The notes under the pieces were generated by a model. That model was not told the DNA's origin and ran no database searches. It was given only the letters and a program-made list of their open reading frames with translations. From an uncultured Gemmatimonadales bacterium (GTDB lineage: Bacteria > Gemmatimonadota > Gemmatimonadetes > Gemmatimonadales > GWC2-71-9): DNA of 64,000 bases. The translations under genes and the position numbers were made by a program. The stretch lies in assembly GCA_963730185.1 (NCBI GenBank), contig CAVSQW010000014.1, positions 96,001-160,000 on the forward strand, in the 5' to 3' direction. Every line of letters begins with the position of its first letter. Position 1 is the first letter of the stretch. Positions 8,876-18,498 of the stretch are shown piece after piece.

Positions 8876-9919
8876 ATGGGACTTTTCAACCGCACCCGCA
8901 CGTCGGTTGGCCTCGACATTGGCAGCGGCCTGATCAAGCTGGCCGTGGTCTCGCACGGGTCGGGCGAGCCCGTGCTGTCCAAGGTGGCGATGGCCACGGT
9001 CGTCGACGACGCCATCGTCGAGGGCGAAGTCATGGACCCGGGGATCGTGGCTGACGCGATCCGGGGCCTGTTCGAGCAGGCGGGCCTCAAGCCCAAGAAC
9101 GTGGTGACCGCCGTGGGCGGTCGCGACGTGATCATCAAGAAGATCCCGATGGATCGGATGAAGGAGTCCGAGGCGCGGGAGCTGATCCGTTGGGAGGCGG
9201 AGCAGCACGTGCCGTTCGACATGGACAACGTGGAGCTGGACTTCCAGATCCTCGATCCGGCGGACGACGGGCTTCAGATGTCGGTGCTGCTGGTGGCGGC
9301 CAAGCGGGAGCTGGTGGAGACCAAGATCGCGTTGCTGACCGACATCGGGATCGATCCCTCGGTCATCGACGTGGACGCCTTCGCGCTCCACAACGCCTTT
9401 GAAGTCAATTACCCCGACGCCATGAAGGGCGTGGTCGGGTTGGTCAACATCGGCCACGAGATCACCAACGTGAATATCCTCGACGAGGGGGTTCCGGTGC
9501 TGACCCGTGACCTGCCGGTGGGGACGCGCCGGTTCCGGGAGGATCTGCAGCGCGAGCGGGGTCTCGCGGCGGACGAGGCGGAGCGGCTGCTCCGGGCCTT
9601 CGAGCCGGACGAGATGCTGGCGCCGTTCCTTCAGAGCCGGGGTGAAGAGCTGGCGGTGGGCATCGAGCGCGCCGCGGCGTTTCTCCAGACGGCCGCCCGG
9701 TCGGCGGCTGGTCTGGCGCGCCTGTACCTGTCGGGCGGCGGGGCTCGGATTCCGGGGCTGGCCAAGGCCCTGGGCGACCGGCTCAAGCTCCCGGTGCAGT
9801 TGGCCAATCCCATCGAGCGGGTGCAGGTCGCCGATGGGGTGTTCGATTCCATGAACGTAGACGAGGTCGCGCCGCTTCTGATGCTGCCGGTCGGCCTCGC
9901 GCTGCGGCAGGCGGCCTGA
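8876..9919 (+). CDS. pilM: Type IV pilus assembly protein PilM
   Basis: Actin-like fold motifs VGLDIGSGLIK, IRWEAEQHVPF, VLLVAAK, DVDAFAL and LSGGGA. Confidence 0.95.
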   Translation: MGLFNRTRTSVGLDIGSGLIKLAVVSHGSGEPVLSKVAMATVVDDAIVEGEVMDPGIVADAIRGLFEQAGLKPKNVVTAVGGRDVIIKKIPMDRMKESEARELIRWEAEQHVPFDMDNVELDFQILDPADDGLQMSVLLVAAKRELVETKIALLTDIGIDPSVIDVDAFALHNAFEVNYPDAMKGVVGLVNIGHEITNVNILDEGVPVLTRDLPVGTRRFREDLQRERGLAADEAERLLRAFEPDEMLAPFLQSRGEELAVGIERAAAFLQTAARSAAGLARLYLSGGGARIPGLAKALGDRLKLPVQLANPIERVQVADGVFDSMNVDEVAPLLMLPVGLALRQAA

Positions 9920-9955
9920 CGGCTCACGACTCGCGAGGGAACCCGGACCAAGCCG

Positions 9956-10684
9956 ATGATTACCATCAACCTGAAACCAGGCGCCAAGCGGGCGAAGGGC
10001 GCGTCCCCGATGGGGGCGGGCCTGGACCGCTTGAAGGGCCTCGGTCAGAAGATCAAGGATCCCTACCGGATCGGCGCGCTGATCCTGGGGACCGCCTGGC
10101 TCGGCTACGTGGGCATGAGCCATCTCACCGCCTCGGCCGAGATCAGCGATCTCGAGCCGAAGCTGGAGCAGGCCCGGGCCGAGAATCTCCGGTTCCGCGC
10201 CTTCCTCGGCGAGAAGCGCCGGCTCGAGTCGGTCCGCGACTCGATCCAGGCCCAGATCGCGACCATCCGTCACGTCGACGGTGACCGCTACGTCTGGCCG
10301 CACATTCTCGACGAGGTGGCGCGCTCGGTGCCGCCCTTCACCTGGCTCACCGACGTGGCGGTGGTGAACATCGCCGCGCCGGTCCAGGCCGACACCACCA
10401 AGCCGGTCGAGGCACCGCCGGTTCAGGTGCAGGTCACCGGCCTCACGGTCGACATCCAGGGGTACACCCGGTTGCTCCGGCAGCTCGAAGATTCGCCGTA
10501 TCTCACCCAGGTGACCGCGATCTCGGCGAATACGGTGGTGGAGGGGAATCGGGCGGTGACCAAGTTCGTGCTCCGCGCCACCTTCGAACATCCCAACGCC
10601 GGCCGGCAGGCCGATCGCCCGTCGGCGGCCGGCGCCGAACCGGCCATGGTGCCGGCCTCGGTCGCCCAGGCGCGGGAGGACTAA
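9956..10684 (+). CDS. pilN: Type IV pilus assembly protein PilN
   Basis: N-terminal INL motif (MITINLKP), TM helix, coiled coil and WLT motif. Follows pilM. Confidence 0.9.
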   Translation: MITINLKPGAKRAKGASPMGAGLDRLKGLGQKIKDPYRIGALILGTAWLGYVGMSHLTASAEISDLEPKLEQARAENLRFRAFLGEKRRLESVRDSIQAQIATIRHVDGDRYVWPHILDEVARSVPPFTWLTDVAVVNIAAPVQADTTKPVEAPPVQVQVTGLTVDIQGYTRLLRQLEDSPYLTQVTAISANTVVEGNRAVTKFVLRATFEHPNAGRQADRPSAAGAEPAMVPASVAQARED

Positions 10685-10687
10685 GTC

Positions 10688-11323
10688 ATGGCACTCCTCG
10701 ACAATCCCAAAGCGGCGCCCTTCCTGGGCCTGCTCCTGGCCGGTCTGCTCGGGTACCTCTTCTACACGGGCGACGTGGTCAAATCGATCGGGGTCGACGG
10801 GATCCCGGTCAAGCAGGAGCGGATCGCGGTCCTCCAGGACTCGATCACCGCGCTGGAGGCGCAGACCGACAGCGTGAAGCGCGACCTGGCGCGGGGCACG
10901 ATCGAAGACCTCAAGCGGCGCATCGAGTCGTATCGCGGGACCCTGGCGGTGCTCCGCCAGCTGGTGCCCGAGCAGAACGAAGTGCCGAACCTGCTCGACG
11001 ACATCTCGACCCGGGCCAAGATCCGGGGCGTCAACCTCTCCGAGGTGGTGCCGCAGCCGGTCGCGGGTGGACCGTCGCCGTTCGACACCTATGCGTACCA
11101 GCTCGCTGTCGTGGGCCGGTACGACCAGATCGGTGAGTTCCTGGCCGACATCGCGAGCCTCCGGCGGATCATCGTCCCCTACGACGTGTCCCTGGCGACG
11201 GCGCAGCTGACCCAGGCGAAGGCCCTGGGCGACACCACCGGCGCGATGCTGGAGGCGAAGTTCCAGATCCGGACCTACGTGAAGGGTCAGGCGGCGACGG
11301 AGGGAGGACAGAATGGCAACTAG
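10688..11323 (+). CDS. pilO: Type IV pilus assembly protein PilO
   Basis: TM plus coiled coil, LVPEQNEVPNLLDDI and GRYDQIGEFLADIASLRRII. Confidence 0.9.
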   Translation: MALLDNPKAAPFLGLLLAGLLGYLFYTGDVVKSIGVDGIPVKQERIAVLQDSITALEAQTDSVKRDLARGTIEDLKRRIESYRGTLAVLRQLVPEQNEVPNLLDDISTRAKIRGVNLSEVVPQPVAGGPSPFDTYAYQLAVVGRYDQIGEFLADIASLRRIIVPYDVSLATAQLTQAKALGDTTGAMLEAKFQIRTYVKGQAATEGGQNGN

Positions 11324-11879
11324 GCTTCTGGCCCCGGCGCTCGCGCTCCTCACCCTGACGATCGGGTGCGGGGGCGGCGAGGACGGGGAGGCCAAGCAGG
11401 CGGGGATGGCGCCGGCGAGCGAGGTGGCCGCGGCGCCGGCCGACAGCGCGGCGGCTCCGACCGCCACGCGGGCCCCGGCCACTCACGACTCGGCCGCCCC
11501 GGCGATGGCCCAGCCGGCCGGCGCCGGTGCGACCGAGGCGCAGCCGGAAGAGGACACCTCGCTCGGACGGGAGAGCTTTTCCTACACCGGCGGGGCCCGC
11601 GATCCGTTCCAGTCGCTGCTGCTTTCCTCGCGGGTCGGTCCCGAGCTGCCCGATCTCGCCCTGGTCGCGATCTACTACGACACCCGGAACCCCGGGAACA
11701 GCGTGATCGTGATGCGCGAGAAGATCAGCGCCAAGCGCTACAACCTCCGGCCCGGCGATCGGATCGGCCGGATCCGGGTCAGCTCCGTTCGCCCCAAGGA
11801 TGTCACCTTCACCATCGATGACTTCGGCACGGAGCGGCAAGAGACGCTCTCGCTCCGCAAGCAGGAGGACACTCCATGA
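11313..11879 (+). CDS. pilP: PilP-like lipoprotein
   Basis: Lipobox LTIGC, Ala/Pro-rich linker, RDPF motif and a C-terminal beta domain. Lies between pilO and pilQ. Confidence 0.7.
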   Translation: MATRLLAPALALLTLTIGCGGGEDGEAKQAGMAPASEVAAAPADSAAAPTATRAPATHDSAAPAMAQPAGAGATEAQPEEDTSLGRESFSYTGGARDPFQSLLLSSRVGPELPDLALVAIYYDTRNPGNSVIVMREKISAKRYNLRPGDRIGRIRVSSVRPKDVTFTIDDFGTERQETLSLRKQEDTP

Positions 11880-13720
11880 CGTTCAGCTCGTGGTCGTTCG
11901 TCGCGACGGCGTTGTTCTCGTTCGCCGCGGCACCGACGCCTTCCGTCCCCGCGCCGACCGACGGTGAAGTCCAGGCCGTGAGCTTGGTCTCCGCGCCCGG
12001 TCGGGCCGATCTGGTGATTCAGGTCGGCGGCGCGGTCACGGTCAAGGACATGACGCTCTCGGATCCCGCCCGGATCGTGCTCGATCTCGACGGCGCCGTC
12101 CTGCCGGCCGACTTCAAGGACACCTACGACGGCGTCAATCGCGCCGGGGTCGTGGGGATGCGGGTCCGCCAGTACACCCAGAGCACCGTCCGGGTGGTCC
12201 TGGTCCTCGACCAGCTCAAGCCCTACACCGTTGACCGGACGCCTGACGGCATCCGGGTCTCGTTTGGCGCCGACCAGGCGTTCGCCGCCTGGACCCTCGG
12301 CTCGTCAGGGACGGCCATCGCCGGCCCGCCGCCGGCCCAGGCGCCGACCACCGAGCCGGTCGTGGTCGAGCCGGCCCAGGTCGCGTCGGTCGCGGTCCAG
12401 GACGGCGCCGCGCCGGCCGCCGAGACCCCGGCGGCGCGGAGCCTCGTGCGGGCGCCGATCCAGCGGCAGGAGCCCCGGATCACCGTCAGCTGGGACAACG
12501 CCAGCATCCAGGAAGTGATCGCCGGCTTCCAGGCCATCAGCGGCCGGTCCATCATCCTCGGCAAGAACATCGATGCCAAGGTCACGGCCGAAATCCGTGA
12601 CAAGCCCTGGCCCGACGCCTTCAAGGCGATCCTCGGCGCCTACGGGCTGTCGGCCCAGGAGGTCGAGGGCGGGATCATTCGGGTCGACGCGCCCGAGACC
12701 CTGGCCGCGATCGACTCGCTCGAGCCCCGGGAGCAGGCGGTGGTGAAGGTCAACTACGCCAGCGCCAGCGACCTGGTCAACACCGTGCAGAGCATTCTGA
12801 GCAAGCGGGGCAAGGTGGTGGCCGACACCAACTCCAACTCGCTGATCGTCTCCGAGTCGCGCTCGCAGATCCCCGGGATCGTGGACTTCGTCCGCGGCCT
12901 CGACATCAAGCCGCCCCAGATCGCGATCCAGGCGAAGATCATCTTCGTCGACCGGACCGACGTGGAGCAGCTGGGCTTCAAGTACGATCTGGGCTCGGGT
13001 GGCCAGTTCTACAACAAGCTCATTCAGCGGCCCGATCCGACCCAGGACAACAAGCCGTACGATCCGGGCGTGAACATCGTGGACCTGGGCGGAGCGTCGA
13101 TCTCGGCGATCGCCAACGCCGACGCCTTCATCCCGTCCACCGCGCTCGACCTGACCTACTCGATCGCGCTCGGCGGCTTCACCCTGACCAGCTTCCTGCA
13201 AGCGCTGGAGCGGGTCGACCTGACCGACGTGCAGTCCGAGCCGGTCATCACCACCAAGGACAACAAGCGGGCCGAGCTCCTGGTGGGCTCGGAAATCCCG
13301 GTCCGAATCGTCGACGCCGGCTCGATCGGTGCGGCCGGCCAGGCGCCCCGTGCGACGGTGCAGTTCAAGCAGGTCGGCATCAAGCTCAACGTGGTGCCCC
13401 ACGTGACGAACAACCGGCAGGTGGTGCTCAACATCGAGACCGAGCGGTCGGCGCTCCAGACGCTATCCGCGGCGGACCTCGGGTACACGATCGACAAGCA
13501 GAGCACCAAGAACGAAATTCTGGTCAGCGACGGCGAGACCGCCGTCATCGGCGGCCTCACCGTGACCACCGTCACTCGTTCCAAGACGGGGATCCCGCTC
13601 CTCTCGAGCCTCCCGATCCTGGGTAGTCTGTTCAGCTTCACGACCAACAGCGAGAACCGGAAGGACCTCATCATTCTCGTCACCCCGCGGATCGTAGACG
13701 ACTCACCCGCGGAGAATTGA
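11876..13720 (+). CDS. pilQ: Type IV pilus secretin PilQ with AMIN domain
   Basis: AMIN domain (PARIVLDL, VRVVL), N0/N3 domains, and secretin motifs QIAIQAKI, GETAVIGGL, GIPLLSSLPILGSLF and LIILVTPRIV. Confidence 0.93.
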   Translation: MTFSSWSFVATALFSFAAAPTPSVPAPTDGEVQAVSLVSAPGRADLVIQVGGAVTVKDMTLSDPARIVLDLDGAVLPADFKDTYDGVNRAGVVGMRVRQYTQSTVRVVLVLDQLKPYTVDRTPDGIRVSFGADQAFAAWTLGSSGTAIAGPPPAQAPTTEPVVVEPAQVASVAVQDGAAPAAETPAARSLVRAPIQRQEPRITVSWDNASIQEVIAGFQAISGRSIILGKNIDAKVTAEIRDKPWPDAFKAILGAYGLSAQEVEGGIIRVDAPETLAAIDSLEPREQAVVKVNYASASDLVNTVQSILSKRGKVVADTNSNSLIVSESRSQIPGIVDFVRGLDIKPPQIAIQAKIIFVDRTDVEQLGFKYDLGSGGQFYNKLIQRPDPTQDNKPYDPGVNIVDLGGASISAIANADAFIPSTALDLTYSIALGGFTLTSFLQALERVDLTDVQSEPVITTKDNKRAELLVGSEIPVRIVDAGSIGAAGQAPRATVQFKQVGIKLNVVPHVTNNRQVVLNIETERSALQTLSAADLGYTIDKQSTKNEILVSDGETAVIGGLTVTTVTRSKTGIPLLSSLPILGSLFSFTTNSENRKDLIILVTPRIVDDSPAEN

Positions 13721-13751
13721 GGTTCGCTCGTCCCAAGCTCGCCTTCCGGTG

Positions 13752-13791
13752 AGCAGCGAAGCCGGCCCGCAAAGCCGGTTTCGTTGTTTTT
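13752..13791 (+). terminator. Rho-independent terminator after pilQ
   Basis: Stem agcagcgaagccggc / gccggtttcgttgtt runs into a T-tract. Confidence 0.7.
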
Positions 13792-13897
13792 GGGGGTTCC
13801 GGGTTGGGGCGGGAGCCGGGGGTCGTGGCGCCCCCACGACGCCCGCTCCTCGCCCATCACCCAAGCCAAGCCCTGCCGCGAGCTTATCTTCCCAAGC

Positions 13898-15121
13898 ATG
13901 CCTCACCTCAAGTTCACGACCGCCGGCGAGTCGCACGGCAAAGGGCTCGTCGCCATCGTCGAGGGCCTCCCCGCCGGCCTTGCGATCTCGGCCGAATGGG
14001 TCGACCGCGAGCTCGGCCGCCGGATGCAGGGCTACGGGCGTGGTGCCCGGATGAAGATCGAGCAGGACCGGATCGAGTGGTTGAGCGGGGTCCGCTCGGG
14101 TGAGACTCTGGGCTCGCCGGTGGCGATGTTGATCCGGAACCGCGACTGGGACAATTGGGCCGACGTCATGGATCCCGAGGGCGGCGGCGAGCTTCGCCGC
14201 CGCCGGGTGACCCGCCCCCGGCCCGGCCACGCCGACCTGGTGGGGGTCCTGAAATACGACCGGCTCGACGCCCGGGACATCCTCGAGCGGGCCAGCGCCC
14301 GGGAAACCGCGGCCCGGGTGGCCGCCGGGGCTTGCGCCAAGCGGCTCCTGGCCGAGCTGGGGGTCGAGATCGGGAGCCACGTGGTCTCGCTCGGCGGGAT
14401 CCGCTCCGAGGTCGCCGGGGCGCTGCCAGGGGCCCTCAACGCCGTCTCCGACGCCTCGCCGGTCCGGGTCTTGAATCGAGAGGCGGAGGCCGCCATCATC
14501 GCCCGGATCGACGGGGCCAAGAAGGCAGGCGACACCCTGGGCGGCGAGGTCGAGGTCGTGGCGACCGGGGTGCCGATCGGGCTCGGCAGCCACGTGAGCT
14601 GGGACCGAAAGCTCGACGGGCGGCTGGCCGGGTTGCTGATGTCGATCCCCGCGGTGAAAGGCGTGGAGATCGGGCTCGGCTTCGAGGCCGCCCGCCGGCC
14701 GGGCTCCGACGTCCACGACCCGATCGATCCCGCCCCCGACGCCCCGGCCGACGACCCCGGGTCGGCCTTCCGCCGCCGGTCCAACCACGCCGGCGGTCTG
14801 GAAGGCGGGATGACCACCGGCGAGCCGCTGGTGGTCCGGGTCGCCATGAAGCCGATCTCGACCCTGATGAAGCCGCTCGGCACCGTGGACCTGACCTCGG
14901 GTGGCGCGGCCGCCGCTCAGAGCGAGCGCTCCGACGTCACCGCGGTGCCGGCCATGGGTGTGATCGCCGAGGCCCTGGTGGCCTTGGTGCTGGCCGACGC
15001 GGTGCTGGAGAAGTTCGGAGGCGATTCCCTGGCCGAGCTCCGCCGGAATCTGGAGGGCTATCGCCGGGCGTTAGGCAGCCGCTGGCGCGATCTGGCCGAC
15101 CCTGCCGAGGCGGCCTCGTGA
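13898..15121 (+). CDS. aroC: Chorismate synthase
   Basis: TTAGESHG, PRPGHAD, LERASARETA, NHAGGLEGG, MKPISTL and ERSD. Confidence 0.97.
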   Translation: MPHLKFTTAGESHGKGLVAIVEGLPAGLAISAEWVDRELGRRMQGYGRGARMKIEQDRIEWLSGVRSGETLGSPVAMLIRNRDWDNWADVMDPEGGGELRRRRVTRPRPGHADLVGVLKYDRLDARDILERASARETAARVAAGACAKRLLAELGVEIGSHVVSLGGIRSEVAGALPGALNAVSDASPVRVLNREAEAAIIARIDGAKKAGDTLGGEVEVVATGVPIGLGSHVSWDRKLDGRLAGLLMSIPAVKGVEIGLGFEAARRPGSDVHDPIDPAPDAPADDPGSAFRRRSNHAGGLEGGMTTGEPLVVRVAMKPISTLMKPLGTVDLTSGGAAAAQSERSDVTAVPAMGVIAEALVALVLADAVLEKFGGDSLAELRRNLEGYRRALGSRWRDLADPAEAAS

Positions 15122-15630
15122 GGAAGCACTTGGTGTTGGTGGGGCTCTCGGGGGCGGGAAAATCGACGGTGGGCCGACTCCTCGCCGAGCGGCTCGACAC
15201 CCACTTCACCGACATCGACCGGGTGGTCGAGCGGGCCACCGGGCTCGCCATCGCCGAGCTGTTCGCCGAGGACGGCGAGGCCGGCTTCCGCGAGCGGGAG
15301 CGCCAGGCGGTGCGCGACGCGTTCCTGTTGCCGCCCCACGTCGTGGGGCCCGGTGGCGGGTGGGCGGCCGAGCCGGGGAACCTCGACGATGCCTCCGGGC
15401 GGGCCGTGGTGGTGTACCTGGCCCTGGAACCCGCGGTCGCGGCGGCCCGGCTGGCCGGCGAGGCCGGCCGGCCGCTGCTGGCCGGTAACCCGGCGGGCCG
15501 GTTGGCCGCGTTGCTCCAGGAGCGCGAGCCCTGGTACCGCCGGGCCGGACCCGTGGTCGACGCGAGCCGGTCGCCGGACCTGGTGGCCGAGGCGATCGCC
15601 GAGGTGGCGCGGCGGGAGGCGGGTTGGTGA
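15118..15630 (+). CDS. aroK: Shikimate kinase
   Basis: GTG start overlaps the aroC stop. P-loop GLSGAGKSTVG, GEAGFRERE, GGG and RPLL. Confidence 0.92.
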   Translation: MRKHLVLVGLSGAGKSTVGRLLAERLDTHFTDIDRVVERATGLAIAELFAEDGEAGFRERERQAVRDAFLLPPHVVGPGGGWAAEPGNLDDASGRAVVVYLALEPAVAAARLAGEAGRPLLAGNPAGRLAALLQEREPWYRRAGPVVDASRSPDLVAEAIAEVARREAGW

Positions 15631-16925
15631 CGGCCGGGTCGGTGCGCGTCGTCGGCGGTGGCCTGGCCGGGTCCGAGGCGGCCTGGCGGCTGGCGGAAGC
15701 CGGGTTCGAGGTCACGCTGTTCGAGATGCGTCCCGAGCAGCGGACGCCCGCCCACCAAACCGGCCGTCTGGCGGAGCTGGTCTGCAGCAACTCGTTCAAG
15801 TCGCGCGAGACGGCCAACGCTCACGGCCTGCTCAAGGCGGAGCTTCGGCTCCTGGGAAGCCTGCTGCTGGAATGCGCCGAGGCCGCCAGCGTGCCGGGTG
15901 GCGCGGCGCTGGCGGTGGATCGGGAGGTGTTCTCCCGGCTGGTGGACGAGAAGGTCCGGGGCCATCCGCGGATCACCGTTCGGTCCGAAGAAGTGACGGC
16001 GTTGGAGCCGGGGTCGATCGTAGCCACTGGACCGCTCACCTCCGACGCCCTGTCCGCCGCGATCGCCGCCGCGCTTGGCACCGACGGCCTGGCCTTCTAC
16101 GACGCGATCGCGCCGATCGTCTCGACGGACAGCCTGGATCAGGACCTGCTGTTCGCGGCGTCGCGGTACGGCAAGGGCGGGGGCGACGACTATCTCAACG
16201 CGCCGCTCACCGCCGAGCAGTACGAGGGGTTGATCGACGCGCTGCTGGCCGGCGACCAGTACGCCGGGCACGACTTCGATCAGGCGCCCTACTTCGAGGG
16301 CTGTCTTCCAGTCGAGGAGATGGCCCGTCGGGGTCGGGAGACGCTCCGGTTCGGACCGATGAAGCCGGTCGGGTTGCCGGACCCCCGGACTGGTCGGGAA
16401 GCCCACGCGGTGGTGCAGCTCCGCCGGGAGGACCGGGCCGCCCAGATGTGGAATCTGGTCGGATTCCAGACCCGGCTCCGGATTCCGGAGCAGCAGCGGG
16501 TGTTCCGGATGATTCCGGGCTTGGCCGGGGCCGAATTCCTTCGCTACGGGAGTATCCACCGGAACGCCTATCTCAAGAGCCCGGCCGTCTTGGGGCCCGG
16601 TCTGGTCTCGGCCGACGGGGTGTTCTTTGCCGGGCAGCTGACCGGGGTGGAAGGCTACACGGAGTCTTTGGGTACTGGGCTGGTCGCCGGGATCAACCTG
16701 GCCCGGGTGCGCTTCGGGCAGCCGGTCAGTGTGCCGCCGCCCACGACGATGCTGGGCGGTCTCTACCGCTATCTCCGCGACGCCGACCCCGAGCACTTCC
16801 AGCCCATGAACGCCAACTTCGGGCTGCTCGATCCGTTCCCCGGTAAGGTCAAGAAGGCCGAGAAGCGGGCCCGACTGGCGGAGCGGGCGCTGGCCGATCT
16901 GGCGGCCTGGCGGGACGGCCTATGA
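15627..16925 (+). CDS. trmFO: Methylenetetrahydrofolate-tRNA-(uracil-54)-methyltransferase
   Basis: GGGLAGSEAA, AELVCSNSF, FYDAIAP, FEGCLP, NLVGFQT and AGQLTGVEGY. Confidence 0.96.
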   Translation: MTAGSVRVVGGGLAGSEAAWRLAEAGFEVTLFEMRPEQRTPAHQTGRLAELVCSNSFKSRETANAHGLLKAELRLLGSLLLECAEAASVPGGAALAVDREVFSRLVDEKVRGHPRITVRSEEVTALEPGSIVATGPLTSDALSAAIAAALGTDGLAFYDAIAPIVSTDSLDQDLLFAASRYGKGGGDDYLNAPLTAEQYEGLIDALLAGDQYAGHDFDQAPYFEGCLPVEEMARRGRETLRFGPMKPVGLPDPRTGREAHAVVQLRREDRAAQMWNLVGFQTRLRIPEQQRVFRMIPGLAGAEFLRYGSIHRNAYLKSPAVLGPGLVSADGVFFAGQLTGVEGYTESLGTGLVAGINLARVRFGQPVSVPPPTTMLGGLYRYLRDADPEHFQPMNANFGLLDPFPGKVKKAEKRARLAERALADLAAWRDGL

Positions 16926-17839
16926 CGGATGCCCGGGCGCTGGTCGCCGAGTTCCTGGACCATCTCGTGCGGGAGCGGGATCAGTCGCCCAACACGGTGA
17001 TGGCCTATCGTCGCGATCTCGAGACGTTCGCGGGGTTCGCCGGCAGCTACTACGGCGAGGCCTGGCAGGTCGAGGCCGTCGACCGGCTCGGGGTCCGAGG
17101 TTTCCTGGCCGAGCTCGAGCGCCGGGGGCTCTCCCGCCGGTCGGCCGCGCGGGCGCTCTCCGCGCTCCGGGCGTTCTACCGCTACCTCCAGGTGCATCAC
17201 GGGATCGTCAACCCGGCGCCGCGGGCCGCCAAGGTCCCCAAGGTGGAAAAGCGGCTGCCCAGCTATCTTCGGCGCGAGGAGACCGAGCGGCTGTTCGAAG
17301 TGGCCGAGGCCCGCGCGGGCGATGCCGATCCGCTGGCGGTGCGCGACCTCGCGATGCTCGAGCTCTTCTACTCCAGCGGTCTCCGGCTCTCGGAGCTGGC
17401 GGGGGCGTCGCTCCGCGACCTGGACCTCCTGTCCAACCAGATCCGGGTGCGAGGCAAGGGTCGGAAGGAGCGGATCGTGCCGGTGGGCCGGCGGGCGGAG
17501 CAGGCCCTCCGGACCTATCTGGACGACCGCGAGGCGCTGGTCCGCGGTCCAGGTGCCGATCGGACCGCGCTCTTCGTCTCGGTCCGCGGGCGGCGGCTCT
17601 CGGCCCGGTCGGTCCAGCGGCGGATCCGGGGTCTGTATCAGGCGACCGGGCTCGATGGCCAGCGGGTCCACTCGCTCCGGCACACCTTCGCGACCCACCT
17701 GATGGATGCGGGCGCGGATCTCCGGGCGGTGCAGGAGCTCCTGGGCCATGCGTCGCTGGGCACCACGCAGGTGTATACCCATACCAGCGTGGAGCGCCTG
17801 AAAGACGTCTACAAGAAGGCCCATCCCCGCAGTGGCTAG
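16922..17839 (+). CDS. xerC: Tyrosine recombinase XerC
   Basis: YSSGLRLSEL, GKGRKER, HSLRHTFATH, VQELLGH and TTQVYTH. trmFO-xerC-hslVU synteny. Confidence 0.88.
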   Translation: MTDARALVAEFLDHLVRERDQSPNTVMAYRRDLETFAGFAGSYYGEAWQVEAVDRLGVRGFLAELERRGLSRRSAARALSALRAFYRYLQVHHGIVNPAPRAAKVPKVEKRLPSYLRREETERLFEVAEARAGDADPLAVRDLAMLELFYSSGLRLSELAGASLRDLDLLSNQIRVRGKGRKERIVPVGRRAEQALRTYLDDREALVRGPGADRTALFVSVRGRRLSARSVQRRIRGLYQATGLDGQRVHSLRHTFATHLMDAGADLRAVQELLGHASLGTTQVYTHTSVERLKDVYKKAHPRSG

Positions 17840-17946
17840 GGAGTTGGGAGTAGGGAGATAGGGAGGGAGTCGTGACTGGTGAGTAGGGGGCCTACTCACG
17901 ATTGCCTGCTCCCTCCCCAGTCACCAGTCACCAATCACGAGTCACT
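17838..17946. repeat. Degenerate heptamer short tandem repeats in inverted arrangement
   Basis: gggagtt/gggagta/gggagat...gtgactggtgagtagg is followed by the complementary cctactcac...cagtcac-cagtcac-caatcac-gagtcac. Confidence 0.6.
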
Positions 17947-17957
17947 ACCGGGTCACT

Positions 17958-18494
17958 ATGGTCATGCACGGAACCACGATCATCTGCGTTCGGAAGGCCG
18001 GCAAGATGGCGTTGGGCGGCGACGGCCAGGTCAGCATGGGCGACACCGTCGTCAAGGCCCGCGCCAACAAGGTCCGCTCGCTCAAGGGAGGCCGGGTGAT
18101 GGCCGGTTTCGCGGGGTCGGTGGCCGATGGGATCACCCTCCTGGAACGGTTCGAGGAGAAGCTCGACCGCTATCCGGGCAACCTCCCGCGCGCGGCGGTC
18201 GAGCTGGCCAAGGACTGGCGGAGCGACCGGATCCTCCGCCGGCTCGAGGCCCTGCTCGTGGTGGGCGACGTGGAGCACGCCTTTCTCCTCAGCGGGGCGG
18301 GCGAGTTGATCGAGCCCGACGACGGCATCGTGGCGGTGGGGTCGGGCGGCAACTACGCCCTCGCCGCGGCCCGGGCGCTGCTCCCCAATGAGGCGTTCTC
18401 GGCGCGAGACATCGTCGAGCGCTCGCTCGGGATCGCCGCCGAGATCTGCGTCTTCACCAACGACCACCGGACCATCCTCGAGATGGGAGGGTGA
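17958..18494 (+). CDS. hslV: ATP-dependent protease peptidase subunit HslV
   Basis: MHGTTI (catalytic Thr), GDGQVS, GFAGS, AKDWRSD and [11 protein letters not shown]. Confidence 0.96.
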   Translation: MVMHGTTIICVRKAGKMALGGDGQVSMGDTVVKARANKVRSLKGGRVMAGFAGSVADGITLLERFEEKLDRYPGNLPRAAVELAKDWRSDRILRRLEALLVVGDVEHAFLLSGAGELIEPDDGIVAVGSGGNYALAAARALLPNEAFSARDIVERSLGIAAEICVFTNDHRTILEMGG

Positions 18495-18498
18495 TTCG

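Noticed and set aside
16922..17839. Tyrosine recombinase as the integrase of a mobile element
   Set aside because: The trmFO-xerC-hslVU context and typical composition indicate housekeeping XerC. No att sites or cargo are evident.
17838..17946. CRISPR array
   Set aside because: Units are degenerate 7-mers without unique spacers, and no cas genes are present.
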